This document shows, one piece after another, positions 1 to 9,007 of a DNA stretch of 64,000 nt. Source of the stretch: Bacteroidales bacterium (GTDB lineage Bacteria; Bacteroidota; Bacteroidia; Bacteroidales; DTU049); contig JAFGWG010000128.1 in the NCBI GenBank assembly GCA_016937255.1, positions 3,115-67,114 on the forward strand, written 5' to 3'. How positions within the stretch are numbered: the first letter of the stretch is position 1; each line of letters starts with the position of its first letter. A program made the position numbers and the translations under genes. The notes under the pieces were generated by a model, which saw nothing but the letters and a program-made list of their open reading frames with translations, was not told the DNA's origin and did not search any database.

Positions 1-2
1 AT

Positions 3-800
3 GCCGGAGGGTTTGTGATGTTTAATAATAGCTTGAAAAAACAAGTAACTTCATATTTCAGTTTGCCAAAAAACACGCAGTTTTATTCGGGAAATGATGT
101 GTTGAAAGGACGCGTAGATCTAGTAGTTAGCCTTGGAGGAGATGGAACTTTGCTGGAAACAGTAAATTTGATAAAAGACGGCGGTATTCCTGTAATGGGG
201 GTGAACTTTGGACGCCTAGGGTTCCTGTCAAATATAAGTCGTGAAGATTTACGAATGACATTGGAGTCTTTTGCAGGGGGGCAATGTACCATTTCTCCTC
301 GCACCATGTTGATGTTAGAAAATTCAAAAGATTTTTTTGGAGAAGAGGTTTATGCACTCAACGATCTTGCTTTACATAAAAGCGATAGTAGTTCTATGAT
401 AACCGTTCATGTTCATATCGATGGAGAATTTATGAATTCATATTGGTCTGATGGGCTTATTTTGGCAACACCAACGGGTTCTACTGCCTATTCCTTAAGT
501 TGTGGTGGTCCAATTCTCGTTCCTGAAGCAACAAATTTTGCGCTCACTCCAATTGCTCCACATAATCTTACTGTACGTCCGTTAATTATTAACGACGATG
601 CTGTGCTGAAGCTGATTCCAGATGGAAGAGCCGATTCATTTATTTTGTCTATGGATAGTCGCCAGTGTATCATTCAAAAAAATCAGGAAATAATTGTAAA
701 AAAGGCTCCATTTAAGGTTAATTTTGTGCAAGTAGCCGATTCCGGTTTTTTTGGTGTAATCAGGGATAAGTTAATGTGGGGACAAGACAAGCGAAACTAA
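3..800 (+). CDS. nadK: NAD kinase (5'-truncated at window edge)
   Basis: GGDGT, GVNFGRLGFL and DGLILATPTGSTAYSLSCGGP motifs; frame is open to the window start. Confidence 0.95.
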   Translation, partial: AGGFVMFNNSLKKQVTSYFSLPKNTQFYSGNDVLKGRVDLVVSLGGDGTLLETVNLIKDGGIPVMGVNFGRLGFLSNISREDLRMTLESFAGGQCTISPRTMLMLENSKDFFGEEVYALNDLALHKSDSSSMITVHVHIDGEFMNSYWSDGLILATPTGSTAYSLSCGGPILVPEATNFALTPIAPHNLTVRPLIINDDAVLKLIPDGRADSFILSMDSRQCIIQKNQEIIVKKAPFKVNFVQVADSGFFGVIRDKLMWGQDKRN

Positions 801-856
801 AACAAAAAAAAATCGTAAGAATTCATAAAATGTTTGACCAAATGTAGATTTTTTTC

Positions 857-864
857 TATATTTG
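857..864 (+). promoter_or_regulatory. Bacteroidota sigma-A -7 element TATATTTG
   Basis: Matches TAnnTTTG; a TTTG -33-like element lies near 833; 30 nt upstream of ATG 895. Confidence 0.7.
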
Positions 865-894
865 TACTTTATTTGGGAAAATAATATTTTGAAT

Positions 895-1797
895 ATGAAA
901 TTTTCAATTCCGGCTTTATTTGTAGTTGTTCTGCTTCTCTCAAGCACATCGGTTGATGCACAGCAGTGGAGAAGAGATCGTGCTGAATTCATGTTTGGCT
1001 TTGGCGCAACAAATTTCCTAGGTGATCTGGGTGGTGCCGATCAGATTGGTACTAATGGTATGAAAGACCTCGACTGGCCTTCCACACGTCCGCTTGGAAG
1101 TATTGGATATCGCTATAGAACAGGCAAACAGAACTGCGTGAAAGGCGTTCTTCATGTTGGATATTTACATGGAGACGATGCTTTAACAGAAGAACCAATT
1201 CGCCAAAACAGAAACTTGAATTTTAGAACCCCAGTAGTTGAGCTTGGTGGTCAGTTTGAGTGGATGCTTACTCGTCAGCGTGAAGGTCACCGTTATAACC
1301 TTCGTGGTGTTAATGGTTGGAGAAACATTAATATTGAATCTTATGTTTTTATTGGTGTATCGGGCTTTTGGTTTAATCCACAAGGTCGTTATGTCGATGG
1401 TACATGGCAAAATCTTAGACCTCTTAATACTGAAGGACAAGGATTGGTTGAAACGCGAAAAACATATAGTCCTGTTCAAATTGCAGTCCCATTTGGTGTA
1501 GGTTTTAAGTATGCAATTAGTCGTGAATGGTCTCTTGGTCTTGAGTATGGAATGAGAAAAACTTTTACCGATTATATCGATGATGTAAGTACCACTTATT
1601 TTGACAAGGAAGAAATTCGCGTACAGAATGGTGATATGGCAGCATATTTTTCTGATCCTCAACTGGGCTTAGAGCCCTCGCAGACAGTTGCTGGAGAGCA
1701 ACGCGGAGATCCTACAGATATGGACTCATTCATGTATGCTGAGTTTACATTTTATTACAAAATTCCACGTGGTGGTTTCGCAATTCCGAAGTTCTAA
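895..1797 (+). CDS. DUF6089/PorG-like outer-membrane beta-barrel protein (paralog 1)
   Basis: Signal peptide from ATG 895; alternating beta-strands; TEGQG and RKTFTDYIDDVSTTY motifs shared with the next gene; C-terminal Phe. Confidence 0.75.
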   Translation: MKFSIPALFVVVLLLSSTSVDAQQWRRDRAEFMFGFGATNFLGDLGGADQIGTNGMKDLDWPSTRPLGSIGYRYRTGKQNCVKGVLHVGYLHGDDALTEEPIRQNRNLNFRTPVVELGGQFEWMLTRQREGHRYNLRGVNGWRNINIESYVFIGVSGFWFNPQGRYVDGTWQNLRPLNTEGQGLVETRKTYSPVQIAVPFGVGFKYAISREWSLGLEYGMRKTFTDYIDDVSTTYFDKEEIRVQNGDMAAYFSDPQLGLEPSQTVAGEQRGDPTDMDSFMYAEFTFYYKIPRGGFAIPKF

Positions 1798-1826
1798 ACT
1801 TTTACTGCGATTTCATTATTTTTTAA

Positions 1827-1834
1827 TATTTTTG
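1827..1834 (+). promoter_or_regulatory. Sigma-A -7 element TATTTTTG for the porG-uppS-bamA-skp operon
   Basis: TAnnTTTG followed by CA, intergenic, directly before a hairpin. Confidence 0.65.
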
Positions 1835-1911
1835 CATCGACTACCCGTTCTTTTAAAAGAGTGGGTAGTTTCATATACTAAGCCTGCATTAATTGCGTTA
1901 TTGCCATAGAA

Positions 1912-2796
1912 ATGAAAGGAAAATACCTACTTATAGTACTGCTGCTCTTGGCTGCTTCACCTACAAGAGCCCAACAACACGAGTTGGGATTTTTTGCGGG
2001 TGGTTCGTATTATATTGGTGATATTAACCCTTCTATGCATTTTGCTCAGACTCAACCGGCACTTGGTTTATTGTATCGATACAATATTAATTACCGATGG
2101 GCCATTCGCTTGCATGGTATGTATGGGTCACTTACAAGCTCTGATGCAAAGGTTAAGTATAATGAAGCTCGTAATCTTTCCTTCAAATCACCATTATTGG
2201 AAATTGGTACACAGATTGAACTGAGCTATTATCGGTTTAAAATTGGAAGCGATAAAGATAATTTTTCACCATACCTCTTTGCCGGATTTTCTTTTTTTAA
2301 GTTTAAACCTATGGGAGAGCTAAACGGGGAATGGTATAATTTACAGGCTTTAGGCACAGAAGGGCAGGGAACCACTGCTTACCCCGATCGTCAACCGTAT
2401 TCACTTGCCGGTTTGTCAATTCCTATGGGAATGGGTATGAAAATCGGATTGGGTGGATCTACTGTTTTGGGCTTTGAATGGGGCTTGCGTAAAACTTTTA
2501 CCGATTATATTGATGATGTTAGTACTACTTATGCAAATCCAACAGTATTGGCTTCTCAAAATACTTCAACAGCTGCCTACCTTGCTGACCCATCTGTAAG
2601 TCAAGAAATGGAAAAAACCGGATATCAACGTGGAAATTCCAATAATAATGATTGGTATTCATTTGCTGGTATGACTTTGACCTTTAAAATTAAAGATAAA
2701 AGCAATAGTTGTCCAGGTGTAAACCGCAGTAAAGGTAATTGGTTGAAGAAACAATGGCAGAAAATGAAGATGGAACCTTCACCCTCTTTTTTATGA
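1912..2796 (+). CDS. porG: DUF6089 family barrel, probable T9SS protein PorG
   Basis: ELGFFAGGSYYIGDINP N-terminal strand; DWYSFAGMTLTF followed by a Cys-containing tail; conserved position upstream of uppS-bamA. Confidence 0.7.
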   Translation: MKGKYLLIVLLLLAASPTRAQQHELGFFAGGSYYIGDINPSMHFAQTQPALGLLYRYNINYRWAIRLHGMYGSLTSSDAKVKYNEARNLSFKSPLLEIGTQIELSYYRFKIGSDKDNFSPYLFAGFSFFKFKPMGELNGEWYNLQALGTEGQGTTAYPDRQPYSLAGLSIPMGMGMKIGLGGSTVLGFEWGLRKTFTDYIDDVSTTYANPTVLASQNTSTAAYLADPSVSQEMEKTGYQRGNSNNNDWYSFAGMTLTFKIKDKSNSCPGVNRSKGNWLKKQWQKMKMEPSPSFL

Positions 2797-3554
2797 TAAC
2801 AGCAGAACAAATATCAAAAAATAGCATACCCGCTCATGTTGCCATTATTATGGATGGAAATGGTCGTTGGGCTAAAGCCAAGGGGCTCGATCGCTCTGAA
2901 GGCCATCGGTTTGGTGCTGAAGCTGTTAAAAAAGTAGTGAGAGCTGCCGGAAAAATTGGCGTTAAATACCTCACCCTCTATGCCTTTTCAAGCGAAAATT
3001 GGAATCGCCCTCAAGCTGAGGTAGATGCAATTATGGACTTGTTGGTATATATGATTCAACGAGAAACCCCTGAACTGATGGAAAACAGTGTCAGGCTTCT
3101 TGCTATAGGAGAAATTGATCGTTTAACTCCAGATGCACAGAAAAGCCTTCAGGAAACCATCGATACTACTTCGGGCAATACAGGTCTAACTCTTGTTCTT
3201 GCATTGAGCTATAGCTCAAAAAGAGAAATATTGAGTGCTGTTCGCAAAATTTCTTCCGATGTAAGTATTGGTAAGTTCTCTGTTGATGATATCGACGAAT
3301 CAACTATTGAAACCGCACTCTTTACTTCAGGTATGCCCGACCCTGATTTGCTCATACGAACATCGGGCGAGCAAAGAATTTCTAATTTTCTGCTTTGGCA
3401 AATTGCATACAGCGAATTTTACTTCACCAAAACCTATTGGCCCGATTTTGATGAACAGTCCTTTTTTGAGGCTATATACCAGTATCAAAACCGGGAACGT
3501 CGCTTTGGACTTACCGGTGATCAACTAACTACGAACTCTAATTTTACCGAATAA
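2793..3554 (+). CDS. uppS: Undecaprenyl diphosphate synthase (isoprenyl transferase)
   Basis: HVAIIMDGNGRWA, YAFSSENWNRP, DLLIRTSGEQRISNFLLWQ; ATGA overlap with the upstream stop suggests start 2793. Confidence 0.96.
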   Translation: MITAEQISKNSIPAHVAIIMDGNGRWAKAKGLDRSEGHRFGAEAVKKVVRAAGKIGVKYLTLYAFSSENWNRPQAEVDAIMDLLVYMIQRETPELMENSVRLLAIGEIDRLTPDAQKSLQETIDTTSGNTGLTLVLALSYSSKREILSAVRKISSDVSIGKFSVDDIDESTIETALFTSGMPDPDLLIRTSGEQRISNFLLWQIAYSEFYFTKTYWPDFDEQSFFEAIYQYQNRERRFGLTGDQLTTNSNFTE

Positions 3555-6079
3555 TGAAGCGAATACTATACGTCCTACTTTTCTCACTGCTTCCTGCACT
3601 TATATTTGCTCAAGGAACTAAAGACAAAATAATAAATATTGACTACAAAAATCCTCGAACCTATGAGATTGCGGCTATAAGTGTTAGCGGCGTGCAATAT
3701 CTTCAAAATAGTGATATTGTTATTATGCTTTCGGGACTTAGTGTGGGACAAAAAATTAAAATTCCAGGCGATGAATTGAGTTCTGCTATTGAGAAGATTT
3801 TCAAGCAGGGTCTGTTTGAAGAGGTAGAAATTAGTGTTACCGCTGTTCAGGGTGATTTTATATATCTCGATATTTATCTTCAGGAAAGACCTGTACTCTC
3901 TAAATTTAGTTTTACCGGAGTAAATCGTAATGAGGCAGATAACCTAAAGGAAAAGATCGGATTGGCTCGTGGTGATGTGGTTTCAGAAAATACCATTATG
4001 ACTGCCAAACGTCTTATTCGCAGCCATTTCGTAGATAAAGGGTTTTTAAATGCGAAAGTTGATGTTGTGCAGCGTTTAGATACTGCTAAAGGGAATCAGA
4101 TGATACTTGATTTTGTAATCGATAAAGGCAAAAAAGTGAAAATCGGTGAAATAAGCATTGCGGGTAATGAAGCTGTGGAAGACGCTAAGATTATGCGTTC
4201 CATGAAAGAAACCAAGAGAAAAAAAATATACCGTGTATTTAAAGCATCAAAATTTACCAATTCTGAATATGAAAAAGACAAGCAGTCTGTGATTGCTATG
4301 TATAACGAGCTGGGATATAGGGATGCTGTAATTGTTAGCGATTCTACCTATAATATTGACGATAAGACAATGGGAATTGCTCTTAATATTGATGAAGGTC
4401 AGAAATATTATTTCGGAAATATTCATTGGGTTGGAAATTCTAAATATAGTGATAAGCAATTGGGAGAGATTTTGGGAATTCAGAAAGGCGATATTTACAA
4501 CCAACGTCTTCTTGAAAGCAATTTGTACATGAATATGAATGGTCGAGATATTACATCATTATATATGGATGACGGCTACCTGTTTTTTAGTGTTACTCCT
4601 ATAGAGTTGACGGTAACCAACGATACTATCGACATGGAAATGCAGATTTACGAAGGTAAACAGGCTACAATTAATAAAGTTTCGGTTTCTGGAAATACGC
4701 GTACAAACGACCATGTTATAATGCGTGAGATTCGTACTAAGCCTGGACAGCTTTTCCGCAGGAGTGATATTATCAGAACTCAGCGAGAACTTGCGCAGAT
4801 GCGTTATTTTAATCCAGAAGCATTGAATGTTATTCCAGTGCCAAATCCTGCTGATGGAACTGTAGATATTGAGTATGTTGTGGAAGAAACATCTACAGAT
4901 CAGCTAGAACTCTCTGGTGGATGGGGCCTTGGTCGTCTTGTGGGTACATTAGGGGTTTCATTTAATAATTTCTCATTGAGGAATATATTTAAAAAAGGAA
5001 GCTGGCGCCCATTGCCAACTGGTGATGGGCAAAAACTTAGTCTTCGTGCACAGTCCAACGGACTTTATTATCAGTCTTATAATATGTCGTTTACCGAGCC
5101 ATGGCTTGGTGGTAAAAAGCCAAATGCTTTTAGCGTGTCTGTATATAATTCAGTGCAAACCAACGGTATTACAAAAAAAGATGATGGCACATACAATGAG
5201 TATGGCACATTGCTCTCGAGAGAAGAGATAAAAATTACCGGTGTTACTGTTGGTCTAGGTCGCAGATTGAAATGGCCCGATGATTTCTTCATGTTCTACA
5301 CCACAGTGTCATATCAGCATTATATGCTCGATGATTATTACTCGGCATATTCTTTTACAACGGGAAATTCAAATAATCTCAATCTTGGATTTACTTTGAC
5401 ACGAAATTCTATTGATGCACCGATATATCCGAAAACTGGTTCTGAGGTTACGTTGATGGCGAATTTTACTCCACCCTATTCATTGTTTAATAACAATGAT
5501 TATACGACCATGTCGGATGAAGATAAATACAAATGGTTAGAATATCATAAGTGGAAGTTTAATATGACTTGGTATACAAAACTTGCTGGAGACCTTGTGT
5601 TTATGTCAAGAGCTAAAATGGGATTTTTGGGATTGTATAACCGCGATATTGGGATTTCTCCTTTTGAAAGATTCTATCTTGGAGGAGATGGACTATCAGG
5701 ATTTGCCCTTGATGGTCGTGAAATAATAGGAATGCGTGGATATGACAATTCTGTTTTAACGGCTCGCGATGCAAATAACGCAACTGTTGGTGGTACGATT
5801 TACAGTAAATATACTTTTGAATTGCGCTATCCGCTTTCAACCAATCCTATGGCTACAATTTATATGTTGGGCTTTTTGGAAGCAGGAAACACCTGGGCTG
5901 GCTTTAAAGAGTATGAGCCTTTTAATGTGAAGCGAAGCGCTGGTATCGGAGTTAGAATATATCTCCCAATGTTTGGCTTGCTTGGATTGGATTATGGCAT
6001 ACCTTTTGATGAGATACCGGGGATACAACAACCCTATGTTGGCCAGTTCCATTTTTCAATTAACTCGTCAATTGACTAA
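3554..6079 (+). CDS. bamA: Outer membrane protein assembly factor BamA
   Basis: POTRA repeats, C-terminal barrel with FYLGGDG and MRGY loop-6 motif; uppS-bamA-skp synteny. Confidence 0.96.
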   Translation: MKRILYVLLFSLLPALIFAQGTKDKIINIDYKNPRTYEIAAISVSGVQYLQNSDIVIMLSGLSVGQKIKIPGDELSSAIEKIFKQGLFEEVEISVTAVQGDFIYLDIYLQERPVLSKFSFTGVNRNEADNLKEKIGLARGDVVSENTIMTAKRLIRSHFVDKGFLNAKVDVVQRLDTAKGNQMILDFVIDKGKKVKIGEISIAGNEAVEDAKIMRSMKETKRKKIYRVFKASKFTNSEYEKDKQSVIAMYNELGYRDAVIVSDSTYNIDDKTMGIALNIDEGQKYYFGNIHWVGNSKYSDKQLGEILGIQKGDIYNQRLLESNLYMNMNGRDITSLYMDDGYLFFSVTPIELTVTNDTIDMEMQIYEGKQATINKVSVSGNTRTNDHVIMREIRTKPGQLFRRSDIIRTQRELAQMRYFNPEALNVIPVPNPADGTVDIEYVVEETSTDQLELSGGWGLGRLVGTLGVSFNNFSLRNIFKKGSWRPLPTGDGQKLSLRAQSNGLYYQSYNMSFTEPWLGGKKPNAFSVSVYNSVQTNGITKKDDGTYNEYGTLLSREEIKITGVTVGLGRRLKWPDDFFMFYTTVSYQHYMLDDYYSAYSFTTGNSNNLNLGFTLTRNSIDAPIYPKTGSEVTLMANFTPPYSLFNNNDYTTMSDEDKYKWLEYHKWKFNMTWYTKLAGDLVFMSRAKMGFLGLYNRDIGISPFERFYLGGDGLSGFALDGREIIGMRGYDNSVLTARDANNATVGGTIYSKYTFELRYPLSTNPMATIYMLGFLEAGNTWAGFKEYEPFNVKRSAGIGVRIYLPMFGLLGLDYGIPFDEIPGIQQPYVGQFHFSINSSID

Positions 6080-6103
6080 AAAATAAATAGGAGGAAACAC
6101 AAT

Positions 6104-6637
6104 ATGAAAACTAGAATTTTGTTATTAATTGCTTTTTTGGGTCTTTCATTTGCTTTGCAAGCCCAAAAATTTGCTTTCGTCGACACCAAGTATATTTTGG
6201 ATAATATTCCTGAATATCAGGCTGCTCAAACATCATTGGATGAAATGAGTATGGAATGGCAGGCTGAACTTGAAATTAAGTTTAAAGAAATTGATAGCCT
6301 TTATAAAGCATTTCAGTCTGAAGCATTTTTATTGCCTGAGGATGCGAAAGTGAAAAGACAGGACGAAATTATTGCCAAAGAAAAAGAAGCCAAATCTCTT
6401 CAGAAAAAATATTTTGGTACTGAAGGTGATCTTGTGAAAAAACGTCAGGAACTACTTAAGCCTATTCAGGATAAAGTTTTTAATGCCGTTGAGCAAATTG
6501 CAGAAGATGGTGCTTATGCTATTATTTTCGATAAAAGTGGCTCTATGTCAATGATCTATACAAATCCCAAGTTTGATAAAAGTGATGAAGTCTTGGAAAG
6601 TATGGGATTATCACCCGGTGGTGTTTCGAATGAATAA
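6104..6637 (+). CDS. skp: OmpH/Skp periplasmic chaperone
   Basis: QKFAFVDTKYIL N-terminus, coiled coil, YAIIFDK; follows bamA. Confidence 0.92.
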   Translation: MKTRILLLIAFLGLSFALQAQKFAFVDTKYILDNIPEYQAAQTSLDEMSMEWQAELEIKFKEIDSLYKAFQSEAFLLPEDAKVKRQDEIIAKEKEAKSLQKKYFGTEGDLVKKRQELLKPIQDKVFNAVEQIAEDGAYAIIFDKSGSMSMIYTNPKFDKSDEVLESMGLSPGGVSNE

Positions 6638-6643
6638 ATTTCT

Positions 6644-6651
6644 TAATTTTG
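6644..6651 (+). promoter_or_regulatory. Internal sigma-A -7 element TAATTTTG for the second skp
   Basis: TAnnTTTGC in a 36-nt intergenic gap. Confidence 0.55.
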
Positions 6652-6673
6652 CCACTTAATAAATAACGCTAAT

Positions 6674-7195
6674 ATGAAAAAAATTGTTTTTTACAGCATT
6701 GCTCTGTTTCTAATGGTTTCAGTGTCAAGTCCTGCATTTGCACAAGGGAAAATTAAACTGGGACATATCAACTCAAATGATTTAATGGAAATGATGCCAG
6801 GTCGTGATACTGCTCAGACTCAGCTTGAGAATTATGCAAAAGGCCTTGAAAGCCAATTGATTGTAATGAGTACTGAATTCGAAACCAAGTATCAGGAATT
6901 TTTGGCCAATGAAGCTACTTATTTGGAGCCAGTCAAAAAGTCTAAGCAACAGGAATTGATTGATTTGCAGAATAGAATTACTGATTTTCAATCTCAGGCT
7001 CAAACATTACTAACTGAAAAAGAATCCGAATTAATCCAACCACTTATTGATAAAGCTAAAGGTGCAATTGATGCTGTGGCAAAGGAAAAAGGATATACCT
7101 ATATTTTCGATACAGGTGTTGGTACTTTGATTTATTATGAGGATTCAGATGATATCATGCCATTTGTTAAAGAAAAACTCGGCATTAAAGAGTAA
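6674..7195 (+). CDS. skp: OmpH/Skp periplasmic chaperone (second paralog)
   Basis: KLGHINSNDLM N-terminus and AKEKGYTYIFD motif. Confidence 0.92.
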   Translation: MKKIVFYSIALFLMVSVSSPAFAQGKIKLGHINSNDLMEMMPGRDTAQTQLENYAKGLESQLIVMSTEFETKYQEFLANEATYLEPVKKSKQQELIDLQNRITDFQSQAQTLLTEKESELIQPLIDKAKGAIDAVAKEKGYTYIFDTGVGTLIYYEDSDDIMPFVKEKLGIKE

Positions 7196-7213
7196 AGTAT
7201 TATCGCATTTCTG

Positions 7214-7247
7214 AAAAGGCTGTTTCTTTTGAAATAGCCTTTTTTTT
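7214..7247 (+). terminator. Intrinsic terminator of the bamA-skp operon
   Basis: AAAAGGCTGTTTC-TTTT-GAAATAGCCTTTT stem followed by a T tract. Confidence 0.9.
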
Positions 7248-7293
7248 GTTCTATTGATAAATATTGTAAATTAGATGCCTAATAAACAATTCT

Positions 7294-8901
7294 ATGAGAC
7301 ATCTTGTATTTTTCTGTGTGATATTGGTAAATGCGTCTTTATTTGCGCAAAACAAGTCAAAAGAGCCTGTTGTTGATGCTGTAACGGTTTACCCAACTGG
7401 TGCGGAAATTCATTCTGTAGTTCAGGTAGATGTAAGCAAAGGGAAGTCAACGATATTATTTACAGGATTAAGCCCAGTGCTTGATTCTAAAAGTATTCAG
7501 GTTTCTGTTGACCCTGTTGATGTGACAATATTGAGTGTTTCAAACCGAACCAATTATTTGAGTGGAAAATCTGACAATGCTAAAATTAAAAGCCTAAAAG
7601 ATTCGCTTGAAATGCTTAGTGATGAGCTTATTTTAATTCAGATGCAGAGGGAAACTTTTGTGAAGGAGAAAGATCTTCTGTTTAAAAACCAGTCGATTGG
7701 TGGAACTGAAAATGGTGTTTTGGTTGGTGAAATTGAACGTTCAGCCGATTTCTTCAGGGCTAGAAGTAATGAAATTAATGAACAAATATTTAATATAAAT
7801 AAGCGGGAAGTTAAAATTAATGAGCAGAAAAACCGCATTAGCAATCAGTTGTCGGAATTGAATGCTCAATATAACCCACCTTCTTCTGAAATTGAAATTA
7901 GCCTTGTTTCTCCTCGATCAGGGAAATTGAGTTTTAGTATTTCTTATATGGTGTATGGCTGCGGTTGGGCCCCAAAATACGATCTTCGTGTTCAAAGTGT
8001 TGCCCACCCTGTACATTTAATCTATCGTGCAAATTTATTTAATAATAGTGGGGTAGACTGGAGTGATGTCAAGCTTAAATTAAGTACTGCAGAACCGGGT
8101 AAAAGTGCGTCAAAGCCAATTCTTACAAAATGGTCTTTAAATTATGCCGGTGATGTGAATGAGTACACTGTTTCTAATGAACTTGATCGGAATCAAAGAA
8201 TAACAATTGATGAGGATAAAGAAGGTAATGGCCCTGCTGGATATGAAATAGTTCAGGTGGAGGAATTGGCTGCTGAGTTTGTAATAGAAACACCATATAC
8301 GATACTTTCCGATTCAAAAACTTATACGGTTGATGTGAATGAGTTTGACTTACCTGCTACCTACGAAAGTTATTGCGTTCCAAAAATTGATCGCGAAGCA
8401 TTTCTTTTAGCTCGATTTACCAATTGGAGTCAGCTTAATCTGGTAAGTGGTAATGCTGCAGTTTACTTTGGAGGAACGTATATTGGGCAAACACTAATTA
8501 ATACCGCAACCGTAGCTGATACAATGAGTGTTTCTTTGGGTCGTGACAGTAAAATTGTGGTGAAGAGAACCCAAAAAATGGAAGATTCTAAGAGACAAGT
8601 TGTTGGAGGATCCATAAAGGAAACGTTTATGTATGAAATCATTATAAGAAATAACAGAGAAGCTCCTGTGAAAATTACCGTTCAGGATCAGGTTCCGGTT
8701 TCTCAGAATAACGATATAGATGTAGATATTCTTGAAATCTCTGGAGCCACACATGATGAACTTAGTGGCATACTTACTTGGGTCTTAACCATAGGCGCAG
8801 GCGAAACTAAAGCTTTAACGCTTTCATATTCAATTAAATATCCAAAGAATATGAATGTAAACAAGAAGCAATATCGTTCAGTACATAGTCCAAGTTTTTA
8901 A
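7294..8901 (+). CDS. DUF4140/DUF4139 (MuiA-like) exported protein
   Basis: Signal peptide, AVTVYPTGA, GWAPKYDLR, SGVDWSDVKLKLST, DQVPVS and SYSIKYP motifs; extra C-terminal tail. Confidence 0.85.
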   Translation: MRHLVFFCVILVNASLFAQNKSKEPVVDAVTVYPTGAEIHSVVQVDVSKGKSTILFTGLSPVLDSKSIQVSVDPVDVTILSVSNRTNYLSGKSDNAKIKSLKDSLEMLSDELILIQMQRETFVKEKDLLFKNQSIGGTENGVLVGEIERSADFFRARSNEINEQIFNINKREVKINEQKNRISNQLSELNAQYNPPSSEIEISLVSPRSGKLSFSISYMVYGCGWAPKYDLRVQSVAHPVHLIYRANLFNNSGVDWSDVKLKLSTAEPGKSASKPILTKWSLNYAGDVNEYTVSNELDRNQRITIDEDKEGNGPAGYEIVQVEELAAEFVIETPYTILSDSKTYTVDVNEFDLPATYESYCVPKIDREAFLLARFTNWSQLNLVSGNAAVYFGGTYIGQTLINTATVADTMSVSLGRDSKIVVKRTQKMEDSKRQVVGGSIKETFMYEIIIRNNREAPVKITVQDQVPVSQNNDIDVDILEISGATHDELSGILTWVLTIGAGETKALTLSYSIKYPKNMNVNKKQYRSVHSPSF

Positions 8902-8977
8902 GAATTGATTTTGTTTCTTAAAGCGAGGATTTATAATATTTGACAATTTGAGTGTCGTGCTTTTAACAAATAATTTT

Positions 8978-8985
8978 TATCTTTG
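8978..8985 (+). promoter_or_regulatory. Sigma-A -7 element TATCTTTG
   Basis: TAnnTTTG 22 nt upstream of ATG 9008. Confidence 0.65.
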
Positions 8986-9007
8986 AACTAAACAAAAGAC
9001 ACCTACA

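Noticed and set aside
1557-2532. DNA similarity between the two barrel genes as a diversity-generating or recombination cassette
   Set aside because: Short match over a conserved protein motif, differences at synonymous positions, and no reverse transcriptase or recombinase nearby.
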